A stretch of DNA of 64,000 bases from an uncultured delta proteobacterium (GCA_963752595.1 CAVVYZ010000016.1:1-64000), one strand, 5' to 3'; numbered from the stretch's first letter, positions 1-10,004 are shown. The notes: generated by a model not told the origin, from the letters alone. A program made the numbers and translations.

Positions 1-19
1 CGCAATCAGGACACCTTAG

Positions 20-292
20 CAATACGTACTAGTTGAAGGTTACAATGAACCTGCAGCAAAAAGGTTCGGCAAGAGCGCTCGCGAACTGCTCGGCTCAAAC
101 ATCCTGGACTACATGCGCAAGGATGTGGCCTCAGGGATCCGGGCAGCCCTGGAGAAGGTCATCGGCTCGGGCAAACCTTTCCAGTTCCTGGTCGAACCTT
201 CGGATGTGCCCGTCAGCATACGGATGTATCCCATCCGCGACATGCAGGGGAAGGTATCGAGGATTGCCGTAAACGCAAGGGACTGCGATTAA
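20..292 (+). CDS. 3' end of a PAS-domain protein (partial, not in the ORF track)
   Basis: Frame +2 reads YNEPAAKRFGKSARELLGSNILDYM...IRMYPIRDMQGKVSRIAVNARDCD* (TAA 290-292), a typical PAS pattern. No start codon is visible; an in-frame stop lies at 17-19. Confidence 0.6.
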   Translation, partial: QYVLVEGYNEPAAKRFGKSARELLGSNILDYMRKDVASGIRAALEKVIGSGKPFQFLVEPSDVPVSIRMYPIRDMQGKVSRIAVNARDCD

Positions 293-302
293 AGCAAGCT
301 CT

Positions 303-650
303 TTACGGGCCTCCCCGGATGAAATGGGGCATTGCAGAAGGGAGCTCCAGAACCATCTCCACGAAACCGCCGTACCTGCCATCCCTATACCAGGGTGCCT
401 GGTAGATGAGCTTCCTGACGCCGTTCTTTTCAATGGTGTAGACGTTTGCCTGCTTTGTTTCCATGATCTGTTCAAGCTTTGTCCGGGCCGGTTCGGGATG
501 GCAGTCGAACAGATTCGAACCCACCAGCTCCCGGCCGCCCTGTTCCCGGAACATCCGTGCCGACCGGTCGTTCATCTCGAGAATAATCCCTTCGGGGTCG
601 CACACCGTAATGGCTCCCGCAAACTCCTGCACCCATTGATGCATGTCCAT
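303..650 (-). CDS. Stand-alone PAS-domain protein
   Basis: AITVCDPEGIILEMN...ELVGSNLFDCHPEPA...QAPWYRDGRYGGFVE. Start probably at the ATG at 650. Confidence 0.8.
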   Translation of the reverse strand: MDMHQWVQEFAGAITVCDPEGIILEMNDRSARMFREQGGRELVGSNLFDCHPEPARTKLEQIMETKQANVYTIEKNGVRKLIYQAPWYRDGRYGGFVEMVLELPSAMPHFIRGGP

Positions 651-676
651 GAATAAATTCCAGCCTTTCACTGCCT

Positions 677-740
677 TGTCAACTTCGCCCCCTCACCCAT
701 CCCTCTCCCCCGTTTCCGGGGGAGGGCAAGGGAGAGGGGG
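677..740 (+). repeat. REP-like palindromic repeat, family A (tgtcaa-ttcgccccctcaccca-ccctctccccc...gggagagggg)
   Basis: Near-identical copy on the - strand at 22333-22395; imperfect inverted repeat. Confidence 0.75.
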
Positions 741-876
741 CTTTATGCACCTTATCGGGCCGCCTCTTGTCACCTGCTCCCGTTTTCTAAGGGAGAGGGT
801 CAGAACACCTTTGCATGCCGGCCGGGCGACTGCGGCAGACAGGGCATACAGCAGGGACGGTACGGATCTCCAGTGC

Positions 877-2430
877 TCAGGAGGCCTCTTCTATTTCGTC
901 TTCAGGAAGCTCTATGTCGCTTTTCACCATGAGCAGGGTCTGGGCCTCGGAGGCAGGGAGCTCCTGGACATCCTTGAGCTTCCTGCCGATGGCCCGGGTC
1001 CGCACCTGGGCCTTGTCGAGGGTGTTCGATGCCTCGTGGAGCTTCTTCTGCACCTTGCTCAAGACCTCGCCGTACTTTGTCCACTCGGTCTTGACCGCCG
1101 CCAGCAGGTTCCAGACCTCGCTGGAGCGCTTCTCGATGGCCAGGGTGCGGAAGCCCATCTGGAGGCTGTTCAGGATGGACCAGAGCGTGGTGGGCCCGGC
1201 GATGACCACCTTGCATTCCCGCTGCACGAACTCGGCCAGGCCCGGGCGCCGGATCACCTCGGCAAACAGCCCCTCGGTGGGCAGGAACAGGATGCCGAAG
1301 TCCGTGGTCTTCGGCGGGTTCAGGTACTTGTCGCAGATGTCCCCGGCGCACTGCTTGATCCGGTTTTCGAGCTGCTTGGCGGCCGCTTCGGCAGCATTCG
1401 GCGTCGCCCTTTCCTGGGCCTCGACGAGCCGCTGGTAGTCCTCGATGGGGAACTTGGCGTCGATGGGGAGCCACACGACTTCGTTCCTGTCCTCGCCCCG
1501 GCCCGGCAGCTTGATGGCGAACTCGACCCGCTCCGCGTCCTCCTTGGTGGCCACGTTCGCTGCGTACTGGTCGGGGGTGAGGACCTGCTCGAGCATGGCC
1601 CAGAGCTGGACTTCGCCCCAGGTGCCGCGGGTCTTCACGTTGGTGAGCACCTTCTTGAGGTCGCCCACGCCGGCGGCCAGGGTCTGCATCTCGCCCAGGC
1701 CCTTGTAGACCTGCTCCAGCCGGTCGCTGACCTGCTTGAAGGATTCGCCCAGACGTTTCTCCAGGGTGCCCTGGAGCTTCTCGTCCACGGTGGCCCGCAT
1801 CTGGTCGAGCTGCTTGGCGTTGTCTTCCTGGATGGACTTGAGCTTTTCTTCCACCGCGGACTTGAGCGTGTCGAGCCTCTGCTCGTTGCTCTGGGTGAGC
1901 TTTTCCAGCCGCTCGCCAAAGCCCGCGAGCTTCTCGCCCTGCACCTTCGACATCTCGCCGATGCTGGCGGTAAGGGTTTCGGTGAAATTCCTGATAGCCG
2001 AGTGCAACTCTTCGCGCAGGGTCTTGCCGGCGGTTTGCGAATCCTGCCGCACCTGCTCCAGCTTGGCCGTATTTTCGCTCTGGATGACCATTAGCCGGTG
2101 CTCGACCGTTTCCCGCATATGCTCGAGCTTCTGATCGTTGGTCTGCGTCAGCGCCGAGATCTGCTTGTTGAGGGTATCTCCCACGCCTTTGAGGGTACCT
2201 GCGAGCTCTTCGCGGGAAAGCTTCCACGAATTGCCGGCTTCTTCCCGGTTCTTCGCGATCTCGTCCCTTACCAGGCGCTCCGTGCGCTCATACGACTTCT
2301 CGACCGACTGGAGCGCCTCCAGGAGAGGACGCATATCAACAGCCGGTTTGCGGAAAAGAAGGATGATCAGGATAACCAGGTCAACCCCGAGCAGGACCGG
2401 AACAGCCATCAGGAGAGTACTATCCATCAT
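877..2430 (-). CDS. rmuC: DNA recombination protein RmuC
   Basis: N-terminal TM segment, long coiled coil, motifs NVKTRGTWGE, LPIDAKFP, FLPTEGLFAE, GPTTLWSILNSLQMGFRTLAIEKRS. Confidence 0.93.
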   Translation of the reverse strand: MMDSTLLMAVPVLLGVDLVILIILLFRKPAVDMRPLLEALQSVEKSYERTERLVRDEIAKNREEAGNSWKLSREELAGTLKGVGDTLNKQISALTQTNDQKLEHMRETVEHRLMVIQSENTAKLEQVRQDSQTAGKTLREELHSAIRNFTETLTASIGEMSKVQGEKLAGFGERLEKLTQSNEQRLDTLKSAVEEKLKSIQEDNAKQLDQMRATVDEKLQGTLEKRLGESFKQVSDRLEQVYKGLGEMQTLAAGVGDLKKVLTNVKTRGTWGEVQLWAMLEQVLTPDQYAANVATKEDAERVEFAIKLPGRGEDRNEVVWLPIDAKFPIEDYQRLVEAQERATPNAAEAAAKQLENRIKQCAGDICDKYLNPPKTTDFGILFLPTEGLFAEVIRRPGLAEFVQRECKVVIAGPTTLWSILNSLQMGFRTLAIEKRSSEVWNLLAAVKTEWTKYGEVLSKVQKKLHEASNTLDKAQVRTRAIGRKLKDVQELPASEAQTLLMVKSDIELPEDEIEEAS

Positions 2431-2533
2431 GCCCCTTCCTCAATATGCCCTTTCAACAAGTGGTGATCTACAAAGTAGCACCGTACATTTCTGGTATAAT
2501 CGCTTTAGCGCTCCAAGGTCAATGAAAAGCTAA

Positions 2534-2803
2534 ATTGCCTATAATGCCTTGATCCAGACGGGCATATTCCCTAATGTTATTATGGAGGACACCGGCCTGT
2601 GGGAGCCTTGGACCAACGAGAGCATCGAGGAAGCCCTTGCGGATGTAAAACGCAAGCTCGGTCTGATTGATGAGAATGCCCACGACGGATTTATCCGCGA
2701 TCTTCTGGAGCGCAGGCTCGTCTTTAAGGAAGGTAACTACGTCTGGCCCAGGGGCATCCGTTCAGCGCTTGTGTACTGGGATGTGGCGAGGAATGCTGTT
2801 TGA
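2534..2803 (+). pseudogene. C-terminal fragment of a probable SAM-dependent methyltransferase-like protein
   Basis: Reads IAYNALIQTGIFPNV...SALVYWD directly after a stop codon. Resembles the C-terminus of methyltransferases found near metal-uptake genes. No N-terminal domain upstream. Confidence 0.45.
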
Positions 2804-2845
2804 TCGGCAGAGAATATCAGTAAAAAATAGAAGGAGGATGAGAGC

Positions 2846-3058
2846 ATGTTGAAAATCAGTGCGCGGAATGTTTTGAAGGGTAAGGTAAAAAAGATCACCC
2901 CCGGTGCGGTCAATTCCGAGGTGATCGTGGAATTGCCCGGCGGTTCCGAAATCGTTTCCATCATCACGAGGGAATCGGCCGAGTCAATGAAAATTGCTGT
3001 GGGCAAGGAGATCGCCGCCGTGATCAAGGCTTCAAGCGTCATGCTTGCTGTAGACTGG
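2846..3058 (+). CDS. Molybdenum-pterin-binding (Mop/TOBE, molbindin) protein; stop codon apparently lost, ORF runs to 3175
   Basis: MLKISARNVLKGKVKKITPGAVNSEV...VSIIT...AVIKASSVMLAVD is the classic ~68-aa molbindin. AGGAGG RBS upstream. Confidence 0.88.
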
Positions 3059-3059
3059 A

Positions 3060-3087
3060 AAGCTGCTGAAAGATTTTTCAGCAGCTT
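3060..3087. terminator. Hairpin between convergent genes, probable terminator
   Basis: aagctgctgaaa-gatt-tttcagcagctt, perfect 12-bp stem directly after the molbindin domain. Confidence 0.6.
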
Positions 3088-3198
3088 ATCCGGCAACAGT
3101 ACCTTGCAGAAATGCAATGACCCGGCTGCGGACTGTTGCCAGGTCAAGGGAAGCCATATCGACAATTCGATATAGGCAAGAATCGTCAAGGAGAGAGA

Positions 3199-3957
3199 TC
3201 AGACAAGAGGTATTCCGGAACGGGGATCGCTGAATCCCCATTGTTTGATATCGACGTCGTACTGGGTGGCGGAAAGAAGCGTTCCGCAGCATACACGATC
3301 TCGGGAAGGAGGCGTGTGGATTTCAGCGGTGAGACGATCGGACAAATCATCCATGATCCAAGTGGGGATCCGGTCCCGCTCAGAGGGGTAGATAAATCCG
3401 AAGAGGACAAAATAATTGAAGAGGATACGCCAGTTCGGGTCGAAGCGGTAGAGCAGGCGCTGCCAATCCATTTGATCGGCGTATTTGAGCAGGATGTGTG
3501 CAATATCGGCGCCGTCATAACGGTCTCGTGTCATGACGAATGCTTTGGACCATATCATCTCCTCAGGAGGGATAAATTTAACCGGAAACTCGAGGATCAC
3601 CCCTTCAGAGGCATGGGTGAACCACTCCTCATCCACAATGGCAATGCCATTGGCGGAACCGAAAATCACATCGACCATGTCATCGTTATGAAATGCCTTG
3701 CCGAGCCAGATGCCATCCGTCAGCTCGGTTCTATACCCGGCTTGCGAAAACGCATTGAGGATGCCGTCTATATCCCGCGGTTGGACGAAGATATCAAAAT
3801 CCTTGGTATCCCGCATGATCCCGGTATAGCATCCGAGGGCATACGCACCACCGACAAGATACGGAATAGCCGAATCACGAAGTGCGGTGAGCACCTGATA
3901 GTAAAACTTCCGTCTCATGGGGTTGAAACTGGTTTTATCCAAAACATATGGCTGCAT
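3199..3957 (-). CDS. Nucleotidyltransferase family protein (Pol-beta superfamily)
   Basis: YLVGGAYALGCYTGIMRDTKDFDIF (GG...DxD) motif; WSKAF...RDRYDGAD. Confidence 0.85.
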   Translation of the reverse strand: MQPYVLDKTSFNPMRRKFYYQVLTALRDSAIPYLVGGAYALGCYTGIMRDTKDFDIFVQPRDIDGILNAFSQAGYRTELTDGIWLGKAFHNDDMVDVIFGSANGIAIVDEEWFTHASEGVILEFPVKFIPPEEMIWSKAFVMTRDRYDGADIAHILLKYADQMDWQRLLYRFDPNWRILFNYFVLFGFIYPSERDRIPTWIMDDLSDRLTAEIHTPPSRDRVCCGTLLSATQYDVDIKQWGFSDPRSGIPLV

Positions 3958-4002
3958 GGCTTCTCCTTTGAGCTCTCCGAGCTTTTAAGCCGGTCAGCCT
4001 CG

Positions 4003-4752
4003 TCACGTACCGGGCCTGGGAAATTCCAGCAAACGGTATGGCGGATGATGGGGAAACGATTTGGCGAGCAAAGGCGCAGCCACATTGTAAACCGGGATGT
4101 TTTTCGTGGTAAAACCCTCAGGACTCCCGAAATGTGCATGGCCGTGAATCACTGCATCGACATCGAACCAGTTCACCGGATCTTCAAGACGGCTCGAACC
4201 GAGGAAAGGAAAGACCTCTAAAGATTCGCCGACGACTGTCTCCCGAATCGGAGAATAATGCATCAACACAATGCGCGGAACATTCGATAGCCGTACCAGT
4301 GCCGACTCCAATTTCATCCCCTCATCCATGGCCTCTTGAACGAAATGCTTGATGACTTTTTCACCCCATGATCCGAGCTGGTATCTGCCGAAACCTCCGC
4401 CGAACCCCTTTATCCCGGCAAAGCCTATGCCGTGAGACTCAAAGACCTCTCCATCAAGGATCATCACCCCTGAATCGCAGAGGATTTGCTTGATTTCGTC
4501 CTGCTTATTGGATTCGTAATCATGATTTCCGAGCACCCCGACTGTCGGAATTCTGATCGTTGCCGAGATTTCCGATGCAAGGATGTGGGCTTCTTCGATC
4601 ACTCCGCTGTCTACCAGATCTCCGCACAGCACAAGGATATCTGCTGTCTTGGCTATATGCATAAACAGCATGTGCAGATACTCCTGGTTTGCTTTTCTGC
4701 AATGGAGATCAGCCACAGCTGCTATTCTTATTGCCTTCTTTCTCAAGGGCAT
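4003..4752 (-). CDS. Calcineurin-like metallophosphoesterase
   Basis: DLH, GDLVD, GNHD, MHY, HGHAH motifs. Confidence 0.9.
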   Translation of the reverse strand: MPLRKKAIRIAAVADLHCRKANQEYLHMLFMHIAKTADILVLCGDLVDSGVIEEAHILASEISATIRIPTVGVLGNHDYESNKQDEIKQILCDSGVMILDGEVFESHGIGFAGIKGFGGGFGRYQLGSWGEKVIKHFVQEAMDEGMKLESALVRLSNVPRIVLMHYSPIRETVVGESLEVFPFLGSSRLEDPVNWFDVDAVIHGHAHFGSPEGFTTKNIPVYNVAAPLLAKSFPHHPPYRLLEFPRPGT

Positions 4753-5116
4753 CTTAACCTCTTTCTTTGCATAAGGGTAGAAAGTACCCAAGATGCGGTT
4801 CTTATTCCCGGCCAACAGGCCATACTATTATTATAATAATAAAGAACGAGCCCTACCGGCACATCTCCAGACATAAAAATTCTCTTCCTCAATGATTGAC
4901 CGGCTGAACGGCAAAGGTCTCCCCATCCGGGTGCAATTAATTTTTTTGTTCAGTACAGGTTAAAAGGTATGCATCGAGCAGAGTAACGATTATCTCTGCT
5001 TCCGCAGGAGGATGTTCAGGGGAGTTCACCGGGAACGACGAAACTCGATCTCCTTTTCAAGGTTTGCATACACGCATCCGCTTACGGATCACATGCGCAG
5101 GCATGCGCTCGGCGTT

Positions 5117-5629
5117 CTACAGTTTCTCGCCGGACGGCCCCTGCTCGAACTTGAGCTTCGTAAAAACTTCCCGCGGGCTGTCATACTGGATATAGGAAAG
5201 CGGCATATCGTTCAGTTTGAACGATACGTCGAGGGGAGATATGTAGTCATTGATGAGATATGCCTTTGCCTGGTGCACGAGGTCATTCATCGAGCCGGTG
5301 ACGGACCGGTTGAGGGTTTTTGAAAAAGATATGTGGACCATCGCCGGCGAGATCAACCGGTCGAACAAAAACCGCAAGCCGTCATCGTGGAGGATATCGA
5401 ACATATAATTCGTTACCTTATGCAGGAACATGGACCCGGTCGTGATTCCTGTTCCGGGCATCACCATGGAATAGAGAGAGAATGTGTTGGTAATCATGAT
5501 GTACTGAGCCCGGTCCGCATAGAACAGGTGGGCTGTCCAGTCTGCAAAGGGGTTCGGATCTGCGGGGAACACTATCGATGGTGCCACGCTGATCTTTCTC
5601 CCGAGTTTTGTCGTGATCCGTATGATCAT
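5117..5629 (-). CDS. Hypothetical protein (DUF6933-like)
   Basis: MIIRITTKL...NPFADWTAHLF...IMITN...KTLNRSVTGSMNDL...LNDMP pattern; family recalled from memory. Confidence 0.6.
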   Translation of the reverse strand: MIIRITTKLGRKISVAPSIVFPADPNPFADWTAHLFYADRAQYIMITNTFSLYSMVMPGTGITTGSMFLHKVTNYMFDILHDDGLRFLFDRLISPAMVHISFSKTLNRSVTGSMNDLVHQAKAYLINDYISPLDVSFKLNDMPLSYIQYDSPREVFTKLKFEQGPSGEKL

Positions 5630-5930
5630 CTCAGGACATCCGATCCTGGTGAACGGGCTGAACTGCGACCGGTTTTGACTTGTCCAGGGCGCAGGCAGCA
5701 ATGGTCATTGCAGCCATGGCCGGAAACGAACGCCTGGAAAATCTTCTAGTGAACATAATCAGGAAATCCTCCCCCTGCCCTATCGGAACAGGCGTATTTC
5801 ATTCCAGTTCTTAGGGAAAAGACAGCACTAAAACATATTATACTATTTTTCCCAGCACTTCACCAGCAGATGCTTTTTATGCTGCCTCAGCTTCGCCTGC
5901 TTTGCTTCCCGGAACATTTGCCCGTTATGA

Positions 5931-6680
5931 TCAAGCCTTCTTTCTCGTTATAAATATTAATGTGTTGCCGCCCAGGATGACCTCTTCTTTCAATGTAAGA
6001 TCGTATCGATACTTTTTCCATTTCTTTTCGGACTGCATGGATGCATGCAATTTCAACAGCATAACAACCGGGAACCAAAGATACTGCTTCCACTTGATCT
6101 TGTCACGCACAATACGTTCAATCTCCAGCCCGTTTATTTCAAAAATCAGGCTGATCAATGTTATCGTTAACGGGGTATTGTGAAAATTGAAAAGGTTGCA
6201 TCCTGTTTGATTATAATCTTCGATCGACTTCGGTTTGGTGAGGTATCCGCTAAAGAAGAACTTGCACCGTTTCTCCATGTTTGAATAATTGGGGATGCTG
6301 AAAATGCCATATCCGCCCGGCTTCAGAACACGGGCGAATTCCTCAACCGCCTTGTAAGGATTGGTCATATGCTCCAGGCCGTCGACACAACAGATGTAGT
6401 CAAACGTATCACGGGATGAATCGATCTTCTCATTAAGGTCCGTATAAATGCAGGGCAGGTTTTCGACTTTGAAAATCGACGGCTCTATCTCGCCGCATAC
6501 AACATCATACCCCATATCCCTCAGGTGCATACCGAGATGCCCAAACCCTGCAGGAGCATCCAGTACCTTTCCGGCGGTTTGTTTTGAAAACCAGGATATG
6601 ACGGTCTTATGGATACTCCCTCTCGCCTTTGGGGTAATATCCTGATCATCATAGATGTCATCGATATTTGTCATTAACAA
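5931..6680 (-). CDS. Class I SAM-dependent methyltransferase
   Basis: VLDAPAGFG, FDYICCVDGLEH, RVLKPGG...SIPN. Lower GC than flanking sequence. Confidence 0.88.
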   Translation of the reverse strand: MLMTNIDDIYDDQDITPKARGSIHKTVISWFSKQTAGKVLDAPAGFGHLGMHLRDMGYDVVCGEIEPSIFKVENLPCIYTDLNEKIDSSRDTFDYICCVDGLEHMTNPYKAVEEFARVLKPGGYGIFSIPNYSNMEKRCKFFFSGYLTKPKSIEDYNQTGCNLFNFHNTPLTITLISLIFEINGLEIERIVRDKIKWKQYLWFPVVMLLKLHASMQSEKKWKKYRYDLTLKEEVILGGNTLIFITRKKA

Positions 6681-6724
6681 AGCCTCCTCTTAAAAAGACT
6701 GATCGGATACATGCTCGGACCCGG

Positions 6725-7195
6725 TCAGGATGTTGCCACGAGAACGCCCCCTGCAACGATGAGCAGGGAGCCGAATACCAGCTTGGCCGCGTTCACGTCC
6801 TTCCATTCAGCAAAGACGACCAGGCCGATGGATACAGCGACCAGCGTATTCATATTGTACAGCGGAACGAGCCGGGAAATGGGAACGCCGTATTTTGTCA
6901 GGGCCAGGGCCACCATCCCGGCAGCGACTGCCCAGGTGAAGCCCACCAGCGAGGCGAAGAAGCCCGAGCGCAGGGATATGGTCTTGTCCGGGATGAGGAT
7001 GCTGATGAGTATGCCGACCGCCGCAATTGCCAGGCCGGAACAGATGAGATACCACCCGGTGCTGATGCCGGCTCCGGTGCTCGGCTTGGCGAATACCCCC
7101 GAAAGGCCGAAGAATATGGCGGGGATGATCCCGCCGATGATTACTGCCGTCATTGACTGCGTCATATGAACTATATTCCTTCTTTGGTTATCCAC
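6725..7195 (-). CDS. Small DMT/EamA-like membrane protein
   Basis: About five hydrophobic helices; ISRLVPLYNMNTLVAVSIGLVVFAE. Confidence 0.7.
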   Translation of the reverse strand: MDNQRRNIVHMTQSMTAVIIGGIIPAIFFGLSGVFAKPSTGAGISTGWYLICSGLAIAAVGILISILIPDKTISLRSGFFASLVGFTWAVAAGMVALALTKYGVPISRLVPLYNMNTLVAVSIGLVVFAEWKDVNAAKLVFGSLLIVAGGVLVATS

Positions 7196-7553
7196 CGGAC
7201 CGCTTTGCCGCGTAGCCCCGGCGTTTCAGCTCTTCTACGAGCATGTCCCGGTGATCTCCCTGTATCTCGATCACGCCGTCCTTTACGGTGCCGCCGGTAC
7301 CGCACTTCTGCTTCAGCTCCCGCGCAAGCTTCTTCAGACCGTCGTCATCCAGGGGGAGTCCGGCTATCAGGGTTACCCCTTTGCCTTTCCTCCCCTTTGT
7401 CCGGCGCCCGACACGGACGCTGCCGTCGCCTCTCGGGCCGGGCTTCCCGGCGGAGCATTCACAGGAGGCAACGGGTTTGCCGCATTCCGGGCACAGCCTG
7501 CCGTGGTCTGTCGTATATACCGAACGTGAATCCATATCGTTTTTCGTTATCAC
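7188..7553 (-). CDS. yciH: Translation initiation factor SUI1/YciH
   Basis: KGRKGKGVT, LKQKCGTGGTVKDGVIEIQGDHR. Confidence 0.92.
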   Translation of the reverse strand: MITKNDMDSRSVYTTDHGRLCPECGKPVASCECSAGKPGPRGDGSVRVGRRTKGRKGKGVTLIAGLPLDDDGLKKLARELKQKCGTGGTVKDGVIEIQGDHRDMLVEELKRRGYAAKRSGG

Positions 7554-7587
7554 ACCCGGCGATCAAGAACAAATACACGAATGATCT

Positions 7588-7911
7588 TTATGCCGGAATC
7601 CGGATTTTCCCGGAGCAGGGATCGAAGTCCATCTTCCCGGAAGCCACTATCCGCTCCTTCGCGGTTTTCGAAAGCCTCTTGAAACGGTACTCGACCTTCA
7701 GGGCAAGGCCCTTGTCTCCCACAGCCAGCGAGAAAGCCACCTCCACAGGCTTGTGGGCGTGCAGGTATTTCGGGGTCTTGCACCCCTGGGACAGGTGCTG
7801 TTTGAAACGTCTCTGCACATCGGTCGATATGCCGGCATACAGGAAACCGCCAACAGTCCGGACGACGTAAAGATGCCAGCTTGCCAAGACAGGGGTGCCC
7901 GGTCCGGTCAT
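7588..7911 (-). CDS. GIY-YIG nuclease family protein (YhbQ/UPF0213-like)
   Basis: WHLYVVRT...LYAGISTDVQRRFKQH...ALKVEYRFKRLSKTAKE. Start overlaps the upstream stop (TAATG). Confidence 0.85.
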   Translation of the reverse strand: MTGPGTPVLASWHLYVVRTVGGFLYAGISTDVQRRFKQHLSQGCKTPKYLHAHKPVEVAFSLAVGDKGLALKVEYRFKRLSKTAKERIVASGKMDFDPCSGKIRIPA

Positions 7912-8867
7912 TATCTGCGCACAACATGGCCGCGATACCAGATTCTCCCAAGCCACCGCTGGTAGTGCCAGGCAATCCAGGGAAGCAGACCCCGCGACCT
8001 CAGCCAGAACCTGTCCGGGATTTCCTCATTCACGGGCACTGCACGCAAAGAGACCTCGGCGCAGACAATGCCCTCGCCTTCCGTATGCTTCCGGCAGGCG
8101 ACCACCCGGCCGGCAGCATCTATGACAGCGGCATTTCCTTCATAGTATCCTCGATAGGGGAGAGGCAGCCCGAACATGGGGCAGCCGATACTGCCGCAAT
8201 GCGCGGCATGGATGACCGGAACACCGGCAAGACGCGCGGTATCCTGCACCGCAGCCAGTGCATTAAATGCATTCTCAGCCTCCCAGGGGTCCCTGATCAG
8301 GCGGGGCAGGATCTTCTCTGGGATGCTCCACCAGCAGGACCCTCCCATAATGACATCCACCCGGCCCCGAAGCCTTCTTGCAGTCATGGTGCGCATGAAC
8401 TCCCAGCACACTGCAGCTCCCACGCGTGTGCTTCCGTAAAGCCCCAGAACCCCGGTATCGTCCGGATCACCGCCCTGGTAGAACGCATTCTCCCACATGG
8501 TCGGCAGGTCTTTGTCATGCTGCCCGATCAGCGTGCCGCCCGCGAATGCCATATAGCGGTTCCGGACCTCTGCACCGGAAATGCGGCACAGAAACGAGCC
8601 TCCGATCACGACACCGTGGCGGGCAGAGAAATCGCGGAGGAACGATGCAGCCGGGCCGGAATCTGTCTCAATTGCATCGGCGAGCTTCGGATTCCAGGCA
8701 ACCCCGGTGTTGAAGAATTCCGGAAGGGCTATCCACCGGGCACCCTCATGAACAGCCGACAAAGCCAGCTTTTCACAGCTCGCGATGTTTGCAGACGAGT
8801 CGGCAATTTTTGTGGCGAGCTGGACTGCTGCTACCTTTTCCCATTTTCCCCTCTCTTCATCACTCAT
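7911..8867 (-). CDS. Carbon-nitrogen hydrolase (nitrilase superfamily)
   Basis: E-K-C triad: LPEFF, HDKDLP, VCWE. Confidence 0.9.
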   Translation of the reverse strand: MSDEERGKWEKVAAVQLATKIADSSANIASCEKLALSAVHEGARWIALPEFFNTGVAWNPKLADAIETDSGPAASFLRDFSARHGVVIGGSFLCRISGAEVRNRYMAFAGGTLIGQHDKDLPTMWENAFYQGGDPDDTGVLGLYGSTRVGAAVCWEFMRTMTARRLRGRVDVIMGGSCWWSIPEKILPRLIRDPWEAENAFNALAAVQDTARLAGVPVIHAAHCGSIGCPMFGLPLPYRGYYEGNAAVIDAAGRVVACRKHTEGEGIVCAEVSLRAVPVNEEIPDRFWLRSRGLLPWIAWHYQRWLGRIWYRGHVVRR

Positions 8868-8921
8868 GGTAAGATCGATGCCTCCTCATTTTCTCAAGGG
8901 CTTTCAAAGTCTTTTAATTTT

Positions 8922-8996
8922 ACCCCCTCTCCTTTATCCTCTCCCACGAGGGGAGAGGAGGAAGGGGCAACCCCTTAAGCCAAGCTTAAGGGGTAT
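8922..8996 (+). repeat. Palindromic repeat, family B (ccccctctcctttatcctctccc...gggagaggag..aagggg plus terminal CCCC-hairpin-GGGG)
   Basis: Related copies at 22160-22231 (-) and 30288-30350 (+). Confidence 0.75.
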
Positions 8997-9087
8997 CATC
9001 TGAATGAAACATACCATACGGAACGGCCGGCCGGAGCTTCTGCCACTGATCTGTCGAGGGTTCAGACGACCTCTGCACCGTGCTCGA

Positions 9088-10000
9088 TCAGGATGCGATG
9101 TTGATTACGACGCTATGATGAAGCAAGCGATCAAGGATCGCCGTGACGACGACCTGGTCGTGAAAGAGCTCGGTCCAATCGGTGAATGCCTTGTTGGATG
9201 TCAGGATAGTGCTGGCCTTCTCATAGCGGTTGGCAACGAACCGGAAAAAAAGATTGCATTCCTGCCGGTCGATGGGCGTGTAGCCGACTTCGTCAACGAC
9301 CACAAGCGCCGATTTGTAATAGCTTCTCCCTCTGCCGGAGCGGCCTGTCTCGTGGTCTTTCCTGAGTTTCCCGATGAGGTCCTCCATGGTAGTGAAGTAC
9401 ACGCTTAATCCCGACTGGCAGGCTTTCACCGCTAAAGCTACGGCCAGATGAGTCTTGCCCACCCCAGGAGGACCCAGGAAGATCACGTTCCCCCTCTGGC
9501 GGATGAAGGTCAGGTCGAACAGCGACATGACTTTCTGCCGGTCAAGGCCAGGCTGGAAGGTGAAGTCGAACTCGTCGATGGACTTGATGAAGGGAAGCCC
9601 CGAGATCTTCAGCGTGGTTTCCACCCGGCGCTGCTCTTTCTGGGCCACTTCCTCTTCGAGCAGGTCATCGAGGAAGGAGAGATAGCTTTTCCCCTGTTCC
9701 TGGGCTGTATGAATAACGCCATCGAGAATTTCCCGAATCCGTGGGAGCCTCAACCGGGTGAGGTTGGCTTCGATCCTCTCGAATACCAGGGTATCGCTCG
9801 ATATCGTACACCCCGCTGCATGGGCATAGGCGGACACAGGCCTGGTCTCAACATCCATATCATACCGGGGTTTCATCGGTGAGATGGTCAGCTTTGCCCG
9901 ACCCTTTGCCGGTCTGCCATGATGGTATTTCCTGCCTGAGCAGGGACCGATGGCGACGCACCTTCCTTCTTGTTGTATGGCAGGAACCACCCACGGCCCG
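9088..10000 (-). mobile_element. istB: IS21-family remnant: short istA 3' end and nearly complete istB ATPase truncated at the C-terminus
   Basis: DEFDFTFQPGLD, GPPGVGKTHLA, VVDEVGY, RYEKASTILTSN, AILDRLLHH. Upstream VETRPVSAY resembles an IstA C-terminus. No intact transposase. Confidence 0.85.
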
Positions 10001-10004
10001 CCGG

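Noticed and set aside
643-2094. Long antisense ORFs (e.g. 643-2094, 23778-25772, 34893-36917, 45158-46327, 54965-56167)
   Set aside because: Shadow ORFs opposite well-supported GC-rich genes, with no recognisable motifs.
5060-5120. Possible attC after the DUF6933-like gene (GTAGAAC...)
   Set aside because: No matching L boxes or R' core at suitable spacing; only a weak hairpin.
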